The position numbers and the translations under genes are program-made. The notes under the pieces are model-generated. The model was not told the origin of the DNA. It saw nothing but the letters and a program-made list of their open reading frames with translations, and made no database searches. From Flavobacteriales bacterium (GTDB lineage Bacteria; Bacteroidota; Bacteroidia; Flavobacteriales_F; PHOS-HE28), in the NCBI GenBank assembly GCA_016787995.1, contig JAEUTB010000205.1:1-53263 (forward strand): a stretch of 53,263 nt of DNA. Direction: 5' to 3'. This document shows, piece after piece, positions 50,347-53,263 of this stretch (position 1 is its first letter; every line of letters begins with the position of its first letter).

Positions 50347-50742
50347 TCAGTTGCCCAGCCACGGTATCTCCTCCACCAGCACCGCGTTGCCTGCCTTGTC
50401 GAAATAGGTACACGTCATGGCAGTGGTATCCACCACCCAACGCTGCACACCTGCGGCGCGGGCCTCGTTGCAGATGGTCGGATAGTCCGACAGCCCTTGC
50501 TGATGGTGCTTGATGCGAGCGATGAAGTGCTCACGTTCCACGCGGTCGGCGATGGCGTGTTCGGCATGGGTGGGCGGAGAGCTGAGGCGCTGGTCGGCGC
50601 CTTCGTAGTCCGTATGGCCATCGGTGAGCCAGGTGGTGTAGCGGCGCACACCGAGTTGGATAAAGGTCTGCACCAGGGCAGGGAAATCGGCGCCGCTCTT
50701 CACGTGGCTCCGTGCTTCGGCAAGTTGCTCAAGGGTGAACAT
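50347..50742 (-). CDS. DUF1398-family protein
   Basis: MFTLEQL..HVKSGADFP..GV..HQQG.SDY..GV..WVVD..MTCTYFD. Confidence 0.88.
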   Translation of the reverse strand: MFTLEQLAEARSHVKSGADFPALVQTFIQLGVRRYTTWLTDGHTDYEGADQRLSSPPTHAEHAIADRVEREHFIARIKHHQQGLSDYPTICNEARAAGVQRWVVDTTAMTCTYFDKAGNAVLVEEIPWLGN

Positions 50743-50818
50743 GATCGTTGTGTTTTGTGACCGCAAAGCAGCACCAGAGCCAGGTCGTTCTCCTTGTAAA
50801 AAGTCGGCTATTGAGCCT

Positions 50819-50958
50819 TCCACCTTTTGCTTCGCCAAAAGGTGGAGCCAAAAGGCGCCCACGGCCAAAGCCACTGCCCGGCTCGCGCAAAGCCCGCAGC
50901 ACGGGCTCCCGAGCCGGGCGTGTCCCTGCCTACCGGCAGGCAGGCGCGCTGGCCGTGG
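50819..50958. repeat. structured interspersed repeat with nested CCTGCCTACCGGCAGGCAGG palindrome
   Basis: stems 50819-29/50836-46, 50859-67/50950-58, 50876-85/50910-19, 50891-96/50902-07; palindrome at 50925-50944. Confidence 0.75.
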
Positions 50959-51057
50959 ACACCCACCGCACGTTCTACTTGAGGTGTAGCAGGTGTACTG
51001 GTATCGCGTGCGGACCTACTCCATCATCATGCGCTGATCCTGTCCCAACATGGTGCC

Positions 51058-51837
51058 CTAGTCTTCAGTCGGCCCGAAGAAGCGCTGCGGTGCCTCACCG
51101 GTGAATGTGCGGAAGGCCTTGATGAAATGCGCCTGGTCATAGAAGCCGGCCTCCAATGCAGTGTCGAGCAAAGCCGTACCGGGGACATGAGCGCTGAGCA
51201 CCTGTCGCATGCGCACGATGCCCGCGTACTGCTTGGCCGTGGCACCTACCGCCTTGCGGAAGCGCCGCTCCAACGGACTGCGGCTGGTGTGCAACTGCTC
51301 GGCGAGCTGCTCGATGCGGATGCTGCCCTTGCTCCGGTGGATGAGCGCCAACGCGCCGACCACCAACGCATCGGGCTTCGCGGGCCGCAGGCGTTCCAGC
51401 AGAAAGGCCTCCACCACCGCTACTCTGTTGGCATCGTTGGCAGCTTCCTCCAAGCGTTCTTCCAACAACACCAGCTCCGAACGCAGCATGAACTGCTCCA
51501 GCGAGAGGCTCCGGCCGAAAAGCTCGTTGAGGGGCTCGGGGAAGAAGGCCGTGGCACCCGCCTCGCGGAAGTATACCAGCACGGTACCGGTGCCCGCTTC
51601 GCTCTGGAAGGTAGCGGCCGCGCCGTGTAGACCGGTGACGCCGGACCGATGCAACTTACGCGGACCACCCGGCCCCACGCGCTTTACCGCACCGCTGAAC
51701 TGGAAGCCCAGGACCAGTCCCGTGCCCGGCAGCACGTTAAAGGGAACATCGCTGGTGGACCGGACCACGGCATAGCGCTCCACGAAGGGCCGCAAGGGCT
51801 CGCACGGCAACGCGATGGACGGTGCTGGCTGAGCCAT
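51058..51837 (-). CDS. AraC-family transcriptional regulator
   Basis: P..PLRPFVERY N-terminal domain, LERRFRKAVG, AGFYDQAHFIKAFRTFTG. Confidence 0.92.
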   Translation of the reverse strand: MAQPAPSIALPCEPLRPFVERYAVVRSTSDVPFNVLPGTGLVLGFQFSGAVKRVGPGGPRKLHRSGVTGLHGAAATFQSEAGTGTVLVYFREAGATAFFPEPLNELFGRSLSLEQFMLRSELVLLEERLEEAANDANRVAVVEAFLLERLRPAKPDALVVGALALIHRSKGSIRIEQLAEQLHTSRSPLERRFRKAVGATAKQYAGIVRMRQVLSAHVPGTALLDTALEAGFYDQAHFIKAFRTFTGEAPQRFFGPTED

Positions 51838-51864
51838 GCACGAAGATGGGACAGGCGAGGGATA

Positions 51865-51955
51865 CTACGACCAGGAGACGCCGAAGAGCGTGTATCCCGA
51901 AATGGTCTCGGGCTTCGTGGCGTGGAAACTTATGCTGCGCTTGCTCTGGAAGTAG
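51865..51955 (+). repeat. direct repeat copy 2 (orphan gene tail)
   Basis: encodes YDQETPKSVYPEMVSGFVAWKLMLRLLWK*. Confidence 0.88.
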
Positions 51956-51965
51956 TGCGGTTGAC

Positions 51966-52307
51966 TTACTTCCCTTTTTTGGAACGCAGCTCAGCCGCCA
52001 ACAGCTTCATCGCCTTGGTATCCACGGTGTCGTAGTCGCTCTTGTCGTAGATGCTGAGAAGATAGACCTCGGCATCCTCGGTCACCACGTAGGTGATCAC
52101 CCGACCGCCGCCGCTTTTCCCTTTGCCTTTGCTGGCGATGGCCAAGCGGACCTTGTAAAGCCCATGGCCAAGCGCGGTACCCGTGGTCGGCTTCGCTTCC
52201 AGTTCCTTCTCCAGCTTCAACAGGTCCTTGCCCAGCGAACGATGGCGCTTGAGCATCGGGCGCAACTCCTTCACAAAGGCTGGCGTGGGGATGACCCTAT
52301 GCTTCAC
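51966..52307 (-). CDS. RelE/HigB-like type II toxin
   Basis: F.KEL..L..KVRLAIASKGKGKSGGGRVITY..YLLSIYDKS. Confidence 0.85.
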   Translation of the reverse strand: MKHRVIPTPAFVKELRPMLKRHRSLGKDLLKLEKELEAKPTTGTALGHGLYKVRLAIASKGKGKSGGGRVITYVVTEDAEVYLLSIYDKSDYDTVDTKAMKLLAAELRSKKGK

Positions 52308-52515
52308 GCAGCACGTCCTTCAGGGTCCGCTTCTTCAACTTGCCGGAACGCATGCGCGCTACCTGGTCCAGCGCAGTGCTCAGCGTGGAACGCAGCTTCA
52401 GCAACTGCTCGTAGTGCCGCAGCTTGTCAACAAGTTCGTTCCAGTCCTCCACGGGGATCTGCACGGCCTGCACGTTGCCGTCGGCATCGTTCACATAGCG
52501 CATCGGGACTTTCAT
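52297..52515 (-). CDS. putative cognate antitoxin
   Basis: 72 aa, YVNDADGNVQAVQIPVEDW..; overlaps the toxin start by 11 bp. Confidence 0.75.
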   Translation of the reverse strand: MKVPMRYVNDADGNVQAVQIPVEDWNELVDKLRHYEQLLKLRSTLSTALDQVARMRSGKLKKRTLKDVLREA

Positions 52516-52592
52516 GAACCAAAGGTATGCGAGGAGCACTGCATCACGGCCCCACCAAGTAGCGTCATACGCATGAATTTCTGGGACCGGCG

Positions 52593-52960
52593 TCACCCAC
52601 AACGAATGGTTCCCCTTCCTCGCAGCGCGTCGGCATCGTCCAGCAGGAGCAACTCGCCCATGCCCGATCGAAGAGCACGACATCGAAACCGTGCGTTGCA
52701 TGCAGTTCGGCGATCAGGCTGTTGCGCAGGTCGGCGACCTCTTTTGATCCGTGGTCCGGTTCACCGATGAGCACGATGTCCTTGCCTTCGAGGTCCGGGC
52801 CCAAGGGGCTCCAGTCGCAGTCGGTGAAAACGGAGTCGGTGTCGATCGACCGCACCTGTGCGGCCAGTTCGCGCGCCTGTTCGGTGGTCCAATGCTGCGC
52901 GCATACCGGGGTGCAGGCCCCAAGCCCGAGCCAGAGGAAGGGAGACAAGCACCGGCGCAT
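52593..52960 (-). pseudogene. erythromycin-esterase-family (EreA/ChaN-like) pseudogene
   Basis: signal peptide, IVLIGEPDHG..LH..GFDVVLF; 1-bp frameshift near 52667 at FESG, then truncation. Confidence 0.7.
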
Positions 52961-53114
52961 GGTGCGAAGATGAGACGGAGTGCCTGTCCGCGGAGGGTAA
53001 CAGGGCCGTAGCGTTCGGTGGATCGTGGGCTGAGGCGAAGCTAGGCTTGCGACTTCAGCGAGCGTCCTGTTCCGCATCCGCCGAGGCAGAATTCCTGGAA
53101 GTGCTGCGGAAATT

Positions 53115-53205
53115 CTACGACTGGGAGACGTCGAAGAACGTGTATCCCGGAAAGGTCTCCGACCTCGTGGCGTGGAAGCTCATGCTGCGCTTGCTGCGGA
53201 CGTAG
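53115..53205 (+). repeat. direct repeat copy 3 (orphan gene tail; homology extends to ~53080)
   Basis: encodes EAEFLEVLRKFYDWETSKNVYPGKVSDLVAWKLMLRLLRT*. Confidence 0.9.
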
Positions 53206-53263
53206 CGCGACGGACCCGTCCGTATGTGGCAGACCTCTTGGGGGCGGCTTGCGGGACCTGTCG

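Noticed and set aside
52858-53205. 115-aa ORF as an intact gene
   Set aside because: Only the last ~42 codons are homologous to the 49164-50321 tail; the rest is antisense to the esterase pseudogene
1-53263. Apparent abundance of CGATCG/GATC (HIP1-like signal)
   Set aside because: Noticed by eye only; could arise from ATC/GAT codon preference. Needs a Markov-normalised k-mer count

Overview
A GC-rich Bacteroidota (Flavobacteriales-like) chromosomal window. The assignment rests on many T9SS C-terminal sorting domains, a DUF4293 gene and TAnnTTTG-like -7 promoter boxes. It has about 50 protein-coding genes, and I recognised no rRNA, tRNA, CRISPR array or intact transposase/integrase. The main blocks are: (1) a divergent LytS-like kinase/LytTR regulator and TonB-dependent receptor module with three 21-bp-phased candidate LytTR boxes; (2) a lipoprotein alpha/beta hydrolase fused to a Kazal protease-inhibitor domain; (3) an orphan, low-GC Imm51-like immunity gene followed by an attC-like palindromic element; (4) a photorepair operon (SDR, DUF429-like nuclease fold, DUF2256, FeS (6-4) photolyase-like protein, CRY-DASH); (5) four tandem paralogous T9SS cargo genes plus three decayed T9SS remnants; (6) an intergenic 20 x 21-bp tandem array; (7) at the right end, three gap-free copies of the last 91 bp of one hypothetical gene that bracket two cargo modules (DUF1398 + AraC; RelE-type toxin-antitoxin + esterase pseudogene), which looks like serial 3'-end-replacement accretion. 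All family calls come from motifs recognised by eye; no database searches were run.
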